DNA of 64,000 nucleotides from Ignisphaera sp. (lineage in GTDB: Archaea > Thermoproteota > Thermoprotei_A > Sulfolobales > Ignisphaeraceae), in contig JAWAHS010000007.1 of assembly GCA_038889075.1 (NCBI GenBank), forward strand, positions 1 to 64,000, read 5' to 3'. The notes under the pieces were generated by a model, which saw nothing but the letters and a program-made list of their open reading frames with translations, made no database searches and had not been told where the DNA came from. Shown piece after piece: positions 1-11,258 of this stretch. The position numbers and the translations under genes are program-made. Position 1 is the first letter of the stretch, and each line of letters opens with the position of its first letter.

Positions 1-700
1 TTGGTGGTACTATGATGTGTGGTGCTACTGCTACATACCTTACACCCTCGGCAAGCATGCTACCTATGGATGGTGTTGGTGGCTGTATTCCCAGCCCTAT
101 GAAGTTGAGGGAAATCTCTATTGAGAGAGCCTCTGGAAAGCTGTAGATGGATAGAACAGCAGCTGTGGACATGGCCTCTCTAGCTATATAGTGGAATACT
201 ATATGCAGTGTTGACGCATCCATTGCCTTAGTTGCTCTACGGCTGTGAGGCAACCGTCATGGCTAAAGTCTTTACTATTCTGTAGAAGGCTGGGAGGAGC
301 CTAAGTGCTATAGCCACTATATGGGCTCTAAACCCAGCTGCGAGAGCCACTACAGCTGCTATAGGTATCGATGGGACTATATAGAGAAAGTTGAATAGGG
401 GGTCTAGAGACGCCGGGAGAGCTCCAGACAAGGCCAATAGAATCTCCTTAAGAGAGCCTGCAGCAGCTACAGCTATAGATGTAAGTGAGACTGCCAGCGA
501 GAGCTAAGGCCATATAGAAGTCTTGTGAGTATATCTCTACCAAGAGTATCTGTACCAGGTATATGCTGTGGAGAGGGTGGTAGAAGTCTTCTACTAAGAT
601 CCACCTCATCATATCTATATTGGGCAATCCAGTCAATAGCGGCTAGCAGCAGCCCGAGAAGCGCAGCACTGGCTATAGCTAAGGCTACCCTAAGCTTCAT
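1..700 (-). pseudogene. Frameshifted Dpp/Opp ABC permease (DppC-like), truncated by window start
   Basis: Fragments in different frames: PPSPQHIPGTDTLGRDILTRLLYG, and near position 1 EISLNFIGLGIQPPTPSIGSMLAEG. Confidence 0.75.
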
Positions 701-704
701 TGCT

Positions 705-1460
705 GAATAGCCCTCGGATCTATGATACGGTGTACAATATCTACAGCAAGGTATATACATGCCAGGACGAGCGGTACATCCTACCCCCACACAATCAAAA
801 CCGGGTAGTCTCTAGATGATAGGGCTGTATAGAAAGTGAGCTCCATGCCGGAATACACAACCATTGCCTCAGTAACGATAGCGCCAGCGACTATAAGCCA
901 GCCCTATAGAGTAGGGCAGAGAGAATCGCTGGGAGGGGGTATCAAAGGGCCTTAGAAATATATGCGTAATGCCCGTAGCCCATCATGATGTAGGTCTCTC
1001 CAAAGGGTTGCTGAAGACTGTTCTCCAGGACTGATTTAAACAGCCTATAGAGAACACTTATGCCAGTGGTAGTCAGAACTATGGGGGGCACTATACCTCC
1101 AGCAAATATAGGTTGTCTAAACTATGCAGGAGCTAGAAGGGGTATAGCGCTCCATACAGCTGTAGGCATTGAGCTAGGTATAGCTGCCACTACTTAAAGT
1201 ACCCCACTACTCAAGCTGTATACAAACTCTGTATAGAGTAGAGTGTACTGCGGATGGGAAGCACCGGTACTGTTGAGAGGAGAGCTAGCTTGAGGGAGGC
1301 TACAAAGCTTCTAGATATTATTGCGGCGACACTCTCCTCAGTACATATAGACTTGCCCCAGCTCCCAGAGAAGATATTAGGTATTCCTAGTATATGCCAG
1401 TAGCTGCATGTATAGAGGGCCATCAAGGCCAACCTGACGCTCAAGAGCTTCCTCTTAAAA
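705..1460 (-). pseudogene. Degraded Dpp/Opp ABC permease (DppB-like)
   Basis: Fragments GSWGKSI..ESVAAIISRSF and GAIVTEA..ALSSRDYPVL, interrupted by stops and frameshifts. Confidence 0.7.
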
Positions 1461-2562
1461 TATATTAAAATCGAAAGTATATAGATCTCACTGTTTTTTA
1501 GTATTCATAGCTTGCGGTTGCTCCACACCATGCTTCTCGATTCATCTAGTTGATTTAATATCGATAGTTTGACCTTCCTACATCTACATATCTTTAGCAA
1601 TACTCCTCAGCAATACTCCTCTGTATCCAAGGTCCAGCTTATAGTTGTACCTGCTAAGGATTAGCCTTTCCGAAATAGATTTTCTATAACTGTTTAGCAT
1701 CGATGTACATCTGTTTAGCATTGGTGTAATCTAGAGCAGATAGAAGCAATCAGAAAAGAGTGGAGGAGGTAGCTATGGGGCTAGCTGCTATCTTGAGCAG
1801 GTGGGTATACGCCATTTATTGGAGGATGTCGCTGGGGTTTCCCCAAAGGTGTGGTGGCTCCACAAATACATGATCCAGGCAAACAAGGGGTGATAGAGGC
1901 ATACCGAGTATAGCTAGACCATATCAATAATCAACACTGATTATGATATGCACCTTAGACTCGCTATACTGGGAGATGTTGCAGTGGGATTTTGTGGGTG
2001 TTTGGAAAAGAGTTTGAGGATTCGCTAAAGATAGGTATGCATAGAGTTGATGTTGAAGGGGAGGACGATGGTATTTGGTATAGGGGGTGTAGAGGTGGTT
2101 ATGTAGAGAAAGAAGTTTTAAAGGGGTTACCCTCAGGCTCCTTGGGGATGTAGAACCTTTCTCTGATGCTGCACAGTATATGTGTTATTGACCTCACTGG
2201 GGCTCCACCCACTTCACGGTGAAGAGGTGTAAATTTAATTGCTGCTCTCAAACCCCTTATACTAAGATTCTTTCTTGCTAACACCAACCTCTATCAACTT
2301 TAGAACTCCAAAAACATCCACGGAATTCCGGGTCTATACCAAGACTTCAAACTCTAAAACTCCATCTACGAAAGTGTGCCTCCACATATGCGTATCACCC
2401 AATCTATTCTATATATTTCTATTAGGAGGCGGTATAGTGTTATGATGAGGTGGCGATGTTGGTAGGAATTACGGGTTTGTCCTATAGGCTCTATCTTTTC
2501 GTTAACTTACATTCATGAGATCTACAGCTATAGTGATACTAATTATCTAATACTGGTTACTC

Positions 2563-3513
2563 CTATGCGACACCACTACTTTTAATTCTATTTATATCCC
2601 TTCTTATATCTTCCAACTGCTTGTTTATCCTTATTTCAACTCTTTTAAGGTATAGAGCTACCATTGCCGCTATTAATGAGTTGAACCCTGCTAGGGTTAG
2701 CATTATTGCTACCAATCCTTTCATGTAGTAGTTTATGCCTGTGAAGAAGTAGTGATAGCCTACCCAAGCCCCTAGCACTAAACCTGGCACCAAAGCAAGT
2801 GAACCTAAAATAAATACGAGAAATGCTGGGCTATACCTCCATGTAAGTCTAATCATATCTACCGCTATCTTAAATCCGTGGAAGACCTTCAATTTTTTAG
2901 CTTTAGGATCAATTCTAGATCTATACTCTACAACTTCTTCGCATACAGAACCGAGGCTGGCAAAATGAGCTACAACCTCAGATTCTACACTAAAGCCTTT
3001 CATCTCAAAATCGACCCTCCTTAGCTTATCTGATTTAGCTAAATACATACCGCTTAAGACATCCCTTAGCTTAACCCCAAATAAGAGGTTAAAAAACAAT
3101 GTAAGAACCTTGTTACCCAATTTAAAAATAAATTTCTGCGATTCCTTTCCTTGAAGCCTAACACCTATAGCTATATCACAATCATTTGATTTAGCGGTGG
3201 CGAGTAGTTTAGGGATGTATTTAGCTGGATAAGTTCCATCACCATCTATAACTAGGACATAAGGTGTTGAAGTATATTTTAAACCAGTTTTTATAGCATC
3301 AGCTTTACCCTTACCTTCTTGGGCAACCACTAGTACACCACGTGATTTAGCTATCTCTACAGTTTTATCGGTACTACCCCCGTCAACAACAACGACATTT
3401 TTGGGAGAAATACCTAGGGACAGAATTTCATCTAGTACAAAGCCTACAGCTTTCTCTTCATTACGAACGGGAACTATTACAGATAACTCCTGTAACTCCA
3501 TTTCGATATCCAT
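2563..3513 (-). CDS. GT2 glycosyltransferase, dolichol-phosphate sugar synthase / AglJ-like
   Basis: VIVPVRNEE, VDGGSTDKT, DGDGTYP (DxD), DVLSG, ESE motifs and two C-terminal TM helices. Confidence 0.9.
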   Translation of the reverse strand: MDIEMELQELSVIVPVRNEEKAVGFVLDEILSLGISPKNVVVVDGGSTDKTVEIAKSRGVLVVAQEGKGKADAIKTGLKYTSTPYVLVIDGDGTYPAKYIPKLLATAKSNDCDIAIGVRLQGKESQKFIFKLGNKVLTLFFNLLFGVKLRDVLSGMYLAKSDKLRRVDFEMKGFSVESEVVAHFASLGSVCEEVVEYRSRIDPKAKKLKVFHGFKIAVDMIRLTWRYSPAFLVFILGSLALVPGLVLGAWVGYHYFFTGINYYMKGLVAIMLTLAGFNSLIAAMVALYLKRVEIRINKQLEDIRRDINRIKSSGVA

Positions 3514-3752
3514 ATTCCGAATCCCGAGATGAACAGCTTTGGGTGCTGCTCATCTACATTGCTTTAGGTACCTAATAATCTGATACACCCTTCTCTTAAG
3601 ATATGCAGGAGGTATAAATATACGGATGTTAATCAAAATTAAATAGTTTCCGGTGCAAAATATAGGTGAAGTGCTCTACTGAGTTTAAAGGAGGAATTTT
3701 AGAAAATCGCTATCTAGGGTTTGGCAGCTATAGATTTCCATGTTTAGTTTGT

Positions 3753-4304
3753 TTACAATGTTTTCTGCAGCTCTAGGTATTTTCTATAGCTAGCAATAAT
3801 CGCTACAGCTATGGTGTAAATAGCTAACACTGTAGTAACGGGTGTTAATCTTATACCCCAGGGGGTGTAGTTTAGGGCTAAGCCTATGAGTGGCACAATA
3901 GCCAGAGATAATCCTATTGACAGTGCCAAACGTTCTAATGGCGTTAAATCCTCTTCTCTTGGGTATAATGCCTCCACAGTTACATATCCTGGAAGGAAAA
4001 GAACCGCTATAGAGCCCAACACATATCTTATGTATATGGCTCCAGGGATTAGAGAGGTTATTACAATTGCTGCAATTGTTGTTACCACTAAGGTTGCCAC
4101 AGTCCATAGCCATAGAGAGTAGGCACCTCTACCTAGGTAGTCGATGAAGTCTCTAGGTAGAGAAGGGTCTAGCAATACTATCTTCTTCGATATACTATCA
4201 CTATAGACTCTTTTAAGTACATCAAGCTGTTTCCCAGTTTTACTAAGCTCTTTAACGTATTCCTCTAAAGTCTTCAACCTTGTATCCTTCCTATCCCTAC
4301 TCAT
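3753..4304 (-). CDS. DUF1616-type membrane protein (membrane half)
   Basis: LFLPGY...LERLALSIGLSLAIVPLIGLALNYTPWGI motif. Confidence 0.8.
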   Translation of the reverse strand: MSRDRKDTRLKTLEEYVKELSKTGKQLDVLKRVYSDSISKKIVLLDPSLPRDFIDYLGRGAYSLWLWTVATLVVTTIAAIVITSLIPGAIYIRYVLGSIAVLFLPGYVTVEALYPREEDLTPLERLALSIGLSLAIVPLIGLALNYTPWGIRLTPVTTVLAIYTIAVAIIASYRKYLELQKTL

Positions 4305-4816
4305 AATACCGGCGCCTTAGATACATCTACGTAGATGTGATTCCAAATCCCTGTATACACCCATTCCCTCTCCTCTATGCTGTATATCCATAATTCGAAT
4401 ATCAGTGCCACCCTATTAGCAGATTTATTGACAGCTATTGGTACAGCAACTCTCTGAGTTATATTTTTCTTTACATCTACTAAGAACTCGAAGATCTTTA
4501 TCGTTGGCTCTGGGCTCGGTGTAGTATTGGTTGGGAGCGTTGTGCTATTACCTATCTTATACCTTACCTGTACAAGAATAGGGTAAGGCCTATGATTATA
4601 AATGAATATCCCTAACGATAAGTTTTGCCTAGGGTAAACAATTCGTGGGTAATCACCTATTACCAGGTCTTCGCTTAGCAAACCCATAGCTTGGAATGGC
4701 TCTACTATCTCGGGTCTAAGGATTTGAGCTATAGCTACAGCTGATCCAACTACGGAGATGGCTATGATTACCGCAAATACTTCTTCATCTAGGAGATTCA
4801 AGTTTTGACCACCCAT
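4301..4816 (-). CDS. DUF1616-type membrane-anchored protein (extracellular half)
   Basis: N-terminal TM, then EPF..GLL....GDYP...GIFIYNH; overlaps both neighbours. Confidence 0.7.
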   Translation of the reverse strand: MGGQNLNLLDEEVFAVIIAISVVGSAVAIAQILRPEIVEPFQAMGLLSEDLVIGDYPRIVYPRQNLSLGIFIYNHRPYPILVQVRYKIGNSTTLPTNTTPSPEPTIKIFEFLVDVKKNITQRVAVPIAVNKSANRVALIFELWIYSIEEREWVYTGIWNHIYVDVSKAPVL

Positions 4817-5214
4817 TTCCTCCTTGATTTATACCATATGTAGAGATACACCCTGGGGAGAAGTATGTAGACTAGAATGGGGATAGATATTAGTCCCAGT
4901 ATAGCGGACCCTTTCACAAGATTTTTATAGAGTACTATTCTCGAGATTTCGTGTCTAGTGTTATCGATTTCAGCTCTAATGATAGAGAGGTTAATACTTC
5001 TACCGTTGGTTAAAGCTTCATGGGCTTCCTTAAGTTTTTCAACCAGATTCGAAACATCTATACCTTGTTGAGCTAGTCTAGCCACCTCAACATAGAGGTC
5101 GAGAAATTCGCTATACAGATCATCAGCGTAAACCACAATAACACCCATAGTAAAGCAGGTTACGAGCAGTATAGATAGCAGTACATAAATTACCTTAATG
5201 TGGATGTGTTTCAC
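4798..5214 (-). CDS. Hypothetical membrane protein (signal/TM, helical bundle, TM, basic tail)
   Basis: ORF overlaps both neighbours in the operon; hydrophobic ends. Confidence 0.75.
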   Translation of the reverse strand: MKHIHIKVIYVLLSILLVTCFTMGVIVVYADDLYSEFLDLYVEVARLAQQGIDVSNLVEKLKEAHEALTNGRSINLSIIRAEIDNTRHEISRIVLYKNLVKGSAILGLISIPILVYILLPRVYLYIWYKSRRKWVVKT

Positions 5215-6878
5215 ATATGTCCACCCACTAGGATCTTTATACCTTTTTGTTCAGCAGATCTACCTATTATATATAGAGTGAGTAGAGCTATACTTATGGC
5301 TGTAAACATGTTTACGCTTACCACCAAAGCATCGAAGATATACACATTATGTGGTGTACTATCACTTACAACCCTAACGTTCCCTATTACATCTCTTGCC
5401 CTTTCAAGACGTTCCTGGAGATCAGCCTCGGTAATGGGGGTCATAATAGATAGCCTTACGTATGCTACACCCTCCGGTAAGATAAGCCTATATACTGTGT
5501 AGCTTAGTAGTAGTCTTGAGATATCCTTCGATATAATCATATGGTGTATAGTAGTATTGCTTACCTCAACCCATGACTTCTCAATACCAAAACCTTGTAG
5601 TGTTACACATACATACCATCCATGGAATTTCGTTGGTGTATCGGCTATCTCTATATAGCCCACAAACTGGGTTCCACTGTAATTAAGTGATATGCTTCTT
5701 ACATCAGGTACACTAAGTGCTTCGCTAATTTTAGGCCCAGGAATACTGTGTAGAGTTAAAACATTAGAAGAGTTGAGCGTTGCTGTAGCAGGCTTTTCAA
5801 GTAATTGAGGTAAACCTGATACGGATACCGAGAATTGTGTAAGCATGGCCATTGATATAAGTGGTGCAACAACATTATATGCTACAAGGAGGGTTACATA
5901 TATCGCTAAAGCTAGGTAGAGAGAAGGTGGAGGTTTTACAAATCTTATAGTTGTTGAAGAATCGTGTTTACCTATCTTTGGCATCGATAGCAATCTTATT
6001 GCGGTGTAGATCGCTAGAAACGTTGCTAAAGCTACATAAATAATTGGTGGTGTGTAGTTGAAGAATTTGAGTGCAGCATCATAGCCTATATGCTTAGTTA
6101 ATTCAATGGTTAAAGTTAACCTCAGTAGATTTCCAACAAAAACAGTTGCTACGGCAATAGCAATTGATGCAGCGGTATAGACTATCTTTTTTGTTTTAGG
6201 AGCTGGGGAGGTGAGAGCAAAATAAATAATTGATGGTGATATAGTTAGTATAGAGAGTACCGAGGCCACACCACCATATATTGATTCTGTCTTGAATAAG
6301 TGGTCAACACCCGCAGCATCCTTTACTAAAAGTACTAGCATCCCTTCAAATTCTATCACATGAGTAGAAGTTATGGCAGATACAATCGATGTTATTGCAC
6401 GCGTTAAAGTAGGTGATAGAAAGTCTATAGCTTGCCTAGGTATCGGCACGAAGGTAAGCAGAAGAGCAATAGATAGATATGATATGGAAACACTTTTAGG
6501 TCTAAAGAATAGAGTTAGTGATAGAAGGAATAAACAAACCAAGGAGAGAACTTTAAGTTCGAGAAAGAATTCATCTATTATATCTCCAAGTACATGGAAT
6601 AGTACTGAAAATAGAAATAAAGTTATAGAACCTACTAACCTGAGGATGTTAAGTCCTTCAATCTCGAAATAGTTTATTGCAAGCTTGTACAGAACAGCTA
6701 TGGACACAGGAATAGCTATTAAGATGTAGCTGTATACCTCCGTCCTTAGGACCACCATTATGTAGACATTAAGAAAATTTTTGTGGGTTATGTAAAGCGT
6801 TATTAGTAGTACAGCTAGTACAGCAATAGTTATTAGCACTTTATACAATCTATTGTGGTCACTCATATTACTCATCAT
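5211..6878 (-). CDS. Exosortase/archaeosortase-family membrane protein with C-terminal EpsI-like domain
   Basis: Multi-TM, VPIP motif, GNLLRL (conserved N..R), C-terminal FHGWYVCVTLQGF resembling the EpsI H...C....GW motif. Confidence 0.7.
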   Translation of the reverse strand: MMSNMSDHNRLYKVLITIAVLAVLLITLYITHKNFLNVYIMVVLRTEVYSYILIAIPVSIAVLYKLAINYFEIEGLNILRLVGSITLFLFSVLFHVLGDIIDEFFLELKVLSLVCLFLLSLTLFFRPKSVSISYLSIALLLTFVPIPRQAIDFLSPTLTRAITSIVSAITSTHVIEFEGMLVLLVKDAAGVDHLFKTESIYGGVASVLSILTISPSIIYFALTSPAPKTKKIVYTAASIAIAVATVFVGNLLRLTLTIELTKHIGYDAALKFFNYTPPIIYVALATFLAIYTAIRLLSMPKIGKHDSSTTIRFVKPPPSLYLALAIYVTLLVAYNVVAPLISMAMLTQFSVSVSGLPQLLEKPATATLNSSNVLTLHSIPGPKISEALSVPDVRSISLNYSGTQFVGYIEIADTPTKFHGWYVCVTLQGFGIEKSWVEVSNTTIHHMIISKDISRLLLSYTVYRLILPEGVAYVRLSIMTPITEADLQERLERARDVIGNVRVVSDSTPHNVYIFDALVVSVNMFTAISIALLTLYIIGRSAEQKGIKILVGGHM

Positions 6879-6882
6879 CTAG

Positions 6883-8541
6883 CTAAGTGAATTGATTTAT
6901 AAGTTCAAAGTTATTTGTATAGATGAAGCCTAACCTATGTAATACATGCTTTACCACAACATATCTGAATTCAAGAGAGTTGCTATAAATAAGTGTAAAC
7001 GGTCTTGGCGGCATAAAATCGTTACCTAATATCACCTTGACTAGCTCATCGGCAAACATTTCATTGCTTACTACAAGGATGGCAAGGGGTTTAGGCCTCT
7101 TATCATTTTTTAGTATTTCAACAATGTTATCCTCTGTTGGACTCTGTATGGAAGTGTAATTGAATAGAGTCTGTATAGGTGTTTTCGAAAAAACCCTATA
7201 CAGTTGGTGTACGATGTCCGCAGACCTACCTTTTAAGCTAATGACCATATCCCCAATAATTATTACTAGAAGTATTTTTGATCTAGGGCTTTGCTTAAAC
7301 ACCTTAAAGCATTGCTGTAGAAATACATATATTAATCTATCGAGTTCCTGAGCATTGGGAGCGTAAAGGTCTACTATAATTAACGGTTCTTCTCCTTCTC
7401 CTTCATGGTTTAAAAGAGATTCCTCTATTGATGAAGAGCCGAATTCTTTAATTACAAGTGAGCCCCTACTAGCAGATTTTTTCCAATGTATAAATCTAAG
7501 AGAATCGCCAGGGATATAAGGTCTAGACCCTATGTATTCACCGTAACGGCTTCTTTTATATCCTTCTCCTTCACCAGTTTTTCTGGCAATCTCCTCTAAG
7601 GATTCTAAGAATTTCTCAAGTAGAGCTCCAAGATATATTCCTCGCTTAACTCTGTATGTATATCCATATAACGCCCTAACATTTTCTATTTGAGTCCTTG
7701 TAGTAATAGTGGAACCTTCGCTTAACTCTGAAATAGAAATCTCTATGGCTGGGGATGAGATACCAACAGCTTCTCTAATATATTCTCCTATAACTTCAAG
7801 AGCTCTTTGTGTTAGAGGAATAACGTTGTATTCAATTTCATGTTTACCTATGAACCTACAGCTGAAATAGAAACTATCAAGAACATAAACATTTACTTCG
7901 ATTATATGCCTACCTACATGGTTTATAGGTAGCTCTATATCAAATATTGCTTTACCTTTCACAGTATAGACGTTTCTATTGCCGCCATACTCCAATACCA
8001 GGTTTATTTCCATTGATGTGTTGACATTGAGTAGCGCTGAAACCTTTTCCCCCCATGATACCGTATTGTTGATTAAGGAAATATCCGTGGATACCTTAGA
8101 GAGTTTAACATAGCTATAAATAGCATATACTATAATTGTAGACGCTGATAGCGTTATAGGTATTAAAACCCGTAGATCGACCAACATCAGCAACGATGAT
8201 ATTAGTAAATAGCGAAACATATCGAGAGCTGATGGTCCAAGAATGAATCGTTTTTGTAATTCATCTTTGATGTTACTTTGACCTATGATAAATGGTATGG
8301 TTATGGCAAGTGGTGTAGATAGATATATACCTTCATCTAAAGCCATAGATATAAAAAACATTGTTGCATATACAGAAAATGGTATAGCCTTTCTATACTT
8401 CTTAATCGAGTTTACGATTATCAGGGTTATTAATGGAATTGCAGTATAAGGGCTTTTTGTTATGTAGAGAATGTATACTAGGCTAGCTACGGCATATACA
8501 AGGGATAGCCACTTAATAATGTCCCTAATGTTTCTCGGCAT
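6883..8541 (-). CDS. DUF58 domain membrane protein
   Basis: EYIGSRPYIPGDSLRFIHWKKSA...LVIKEF signature. Confidence 0.85.
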   Translation of the reverse strand: MPRNIRDIIKWLSLVYAVASLVYILYITKSPYTAIPLITLIIVNSIKKYRKAIPFSVYATMFFISMALDEGIYLSTPLAITIPFIIGQSNIKDELQKRFILGPSALDMFRYLLISSLLMLVDLRVLIPITLSASTIIVYAIYSYVKLSKVSTDISLINNTVSWGEKVSALLNVNTSMEINLVLEYGGNRNVYTVKGKAIFDIELPINHVGRHIIEVNVYVLDSFYFSCRFIGKHEIEYNVIPLTQRALEVIGEYIREAVGISSPAIEISISELSEGSTITTRTQIENVRALYGYTYRVKRGIYLGALLEKFLESLEEIARKTGEGEGYKRSRYGEYIGSRPYIPGDSLRFIHWKKSASRGSLVIKEFGSSSIEESLLNHEGEGEEPLIIVDLYAPNAQELDRLIYVFLQQCFKVFKQSPRSKILLVIIIGDMVISLKGRSADIVHQLYRVFSKTPIQTLFNYTSIQSPTEDNIVEILKNDKRPKPLAILVVSNEMFADELVKVILGNDFMPPRPFTLIYSNSLEFRYVVVKHVLHRLGFIYTNNFELINQFT

Positions 8542-9421
8542 ATCTCATCATCACAGATGCAACTAAAATTATGAGGTAAACTAATAGAGCTATAGAAATA
8601 TTGCCCCAAGTAGTTACCCCTAGAGTAAGCTCGTTAAGCAAATACTTAGACACATCTATTGAACCCAAACCTAGGTAATCAATTACTAGATATACCTTGC
8701 TTAAACTAACTAGCCTCCCTAGAAACTCGAGGTTATCTTTTAACGAGATCAATTCATTAGTGAATATATCTAGGTCTGATATAAGCCATAGATACCCATT
8801 TCTTTTCCTCCAACCACATCCAATAATATATTCATCCATTGATTCCCCAATACTGTAATAACCGTTGTTGTCTATATCAGCGTAAGCGTATCTCGATGTT
8901 TTAGCTATGATGAAGCAGTTCTCCTCATCAATAACTATATGCGACGGTTTATATGTGACCACTTCAAACACAGTATCCCCGAATTTTATATCCGCTAAAG
9001 GGTATTCCCTGGAGCGAACTTTTGATACCTCATCCAATACTTTAACAGGATCAATTTTAGCTTTAAGTTCAAAGTATCTTATTAAATCATTTGAATAGCC
9101 ATCCTCATCTAAAATTACTACCGTTGCTTCATTTTCTAGTAGATTTTCTATTAATTGGGGTAATGAGCTATCCGGTTTACTATTTAATGGAATTATTATC
9201 AAGGCTTTTTGCTCCAAGTTTTTTAAGTCTTTAATAAATTTAGCTGTTCCTAATGTAAGTGATGTAAGTTGTGTATAACCTTTATCTCCTACATTATAAG
9301 GACTATAGGGTGAGGTAGATGGCATATTTATTAGTACTGACATAGAGGATACTAAGATTGTAAACATTAGCATTAAAATAAGGTCTCTACCTGTTCTCAA
9401 CCTCTTCAATCTGTTTAACAA
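8525..9421 (-). CDS. DUF4350-like (GATase-like fold) membrane-anchored protein
   Basis: YSPYNVGDKGY and LISDLDIFTNELI motifs; MoxR/DUF58 context. Confidence 0.7.
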   Translation of the reverse strand: MLNRLKRLRTGRDLILMLMFTILVSSMSVLINMPSTSPYSPYNVGDKGYTQLTSLTLGTAKFIKDLKNLEQKALIIIPLNSKPDSSLPQLIENLLENEATVVILDEDGYSNDLIRYFELKAKIDPVKVLDEVSKVRSREYPLADIKFGDTVFEVVTYKPSHIVIDEENCFIIAKTSRYAYADIDNNGYYSIGESMDEYIIGCGWRKRNGYLWLISDLDIFTNELISLKDNLEFLGRLVSLSKVYLVIDYLGLGSIDVSKYLLNELTLGVTTWGNISIALLVYLIILVASVMMRYAEKH

Positions 9422-11258
9422 TATTCATCGCCTCAACGACGTCTATGTAATGGCTTGAATAGAGATCTTTTTCATAGAGTTCAAGGAAGGTTTTTACCAA
9501 CGGCAGTATATAGCTATTGCTAAAAGCTTTACTGAATCTGCAATAGAATTCCCTTAAAGTTTCAGAAGGCCTTGGAGGTTCTATGTACTTAGACACTACA
9601 GCTGTAATCTTCTTGTACAAGTTGAGAAGACGAGATTTCCTAAAAACATATCTAATAACAGTAGTATGTAATATAGATGTGTTTTTAGTTCTAGAGATGA
9701 GGCTCTTCACGGTACTGCCTCCCAGTATTAGCGCTGTAGCGATGTAACCCATTTTAGAAGGTGATGTAGTGATTACTGCTATAAGTATTAGTGCTATAGC
9801 TAGTGTAGCTACATTTAGTACATAAATAGAGTTTTCAACTATTACAGGAGAATAGCTTGGATTATTAGGTTGAATCTCTACCAATACTCTGTACTTCCAA
9901 AAGAAAAATGTTGGTGGTAAACTAAACTCTGCTGCAATTTTTGAATTAAATATCGATTCATACTTTATAGCAATAGTGTCACCTACATATATAGTTGCAT
10001 TGTAGTTTATAGGGGGGTCTACATAGATTTCAAGCCCAGGTTTCATGAATGGTATGATTACAAAGGGCTTCGTATTAATAAATGAAACTGTTTTCTCTAG
10101 CATAATAATTAAATTATGGCTAAATCTGTAGGCTAAGTACTTTCCTCGAGGTTCTGAAAGAAATATGAGCTTGTTATATCCGGCAGGTAGACCTCTAGAT
10201 GAAAGGGCTAGTACTCTTTCACCAGGTGAAAGAGTTAGATTTGCTAAAAGGCTGGCATTCGACACAGTATTTAAGTATATCAATAGATTCAAAGGATAGT
10301 CCAAGTCCGCAGATATATTTACTTCGATCTCTTCGCCTGGACGTATATAACTAGGAACAGAGATCCTAATAGATGGATATATATAAACTAATTGAAAATT
10401 AGATGTTTGGTAGCCAAGCACTTTTCCATCTACTGCTTTAGCTATAACAAATAACTTTGCATTAATTTTAGGTGCCGGTTCTAATCCCATAGCAATAATG
10501 TCCTCAACACTAGGAGTTGTGATATCTATTTTAGCATTTTCGCCCACCGGAATAGCATATTGATACATCTGTGATAGCATATCTCCATAAATTAAAACCA
10601 AGGTCAAATTAACGTAATTGATATCTAGATCCGTTATCGATAAGATATCAATACCTAGGGTTCCACCTCCATAAACCACCGGTTGATGGTGTAATTCAAT
10701 GTAAATTTCTTTACCATAGGTACCAAGATATAGCTGCATAAGTTTTGTTAATGTGGCTTCCAATTTTGCATCGAGATTTAGAATGTAATTAGTTAAACTC
10801 CCTACAATTATGCGCCTCATAGTAGAATCCTTGAAGAATGGTAAAAGTTTACTAACATAGCTATCTATAGTTTCCATTAACTTAAGTTTAGCTATATGGA
10901 GCTCATTTAGTAATACATATAGCTTTGAACTATCCCCTATACCTGAGGTTATTACATCGTCTGCTTGTATCAACAGATTTACAACTTGTTCTATATTTCT
11001 GTACAGTTTACTGTGTGTATAAGTAATGTCTTTGGGTAGAGAGATGGCTAAAGCTTTTTCACATAGAAGTAAAGCTTCACTATAGTTTCCGCTTACTATA
11101 GCTTCTACAACATCTTGTAATATTTTGGCTAGAGGTGCAGGATCTACATTGTCTAATTGTGCATGGACAGATGCGCATGGCATCCACATTGGGTCTAGAA
11201 TTAGCATTAATAATAGTGATACCGAGAGTATTTTCATATAATAATCTAGGATCTTCAT
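9387..11258 (-). CDS. Large exported protein with TM anchor and C-terminal DUF4129-like domain
   Basis: Signal peptide, late TM, then PPRPSETLREF...LYEKDLYS. Confidence 0.7.
   Translation of the reverse strand: MKILDYYMKILSVSLLLMLILDPMWMPCASVHAQLDNVDPAPLAKILQDVVEAIVSGNYSEALLLCEKALAISLPKDITYTHSKLYRNIEQVVNLLIQADDVITSGIGDSSKLYVLLNELHIAKLKLMETIDSYVSKLLPFFKDSTMRRIIVGSLTNYILNLDAKLEATLTKLMQLYLGTYGKEIYIELHHQPVVYGGGTLGIDILSITDLDINYVNLTLVLIYGDMLSQMYQYAIPVGENAKIDITTPSVEDIIAMGLEPAPKINAKLFVIAKAVDGKVLGYQTSNFQLVYIYPSIRISVPSYIRPGEEIEVNISADLDYPLNLLIYLNTVSNASLLANLTLSPGERVLALSSRGLPAGYNKLIFLSEPRGKYLAYRFSHNLIIMLEKTVSFINTKPFVIIPFMKPGLEIYVDPPINYNATIYVGDTIAIKYESIFNSKIAAEFSLPPTFFFWKYRVLVEIQPNNPSYSPVIVENSIYVLNVATLAIALILIAVITTSPSKMGYIATALILGGSTVKSLISRTKNTSILHTTVIRYVFRKSRLLNLYKKITAVVSKYIEPPRPSETLREFYCRFSKAFSNSYILPLVKTFLELYEKDLYSSHYIDVVEAMNIVKQIEEVENR

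Noticed and set aside
1760-2400. Possible glycosyltransferase or other gene remnants
   Set aside because: Fragments are too short and interrupted to support a family call
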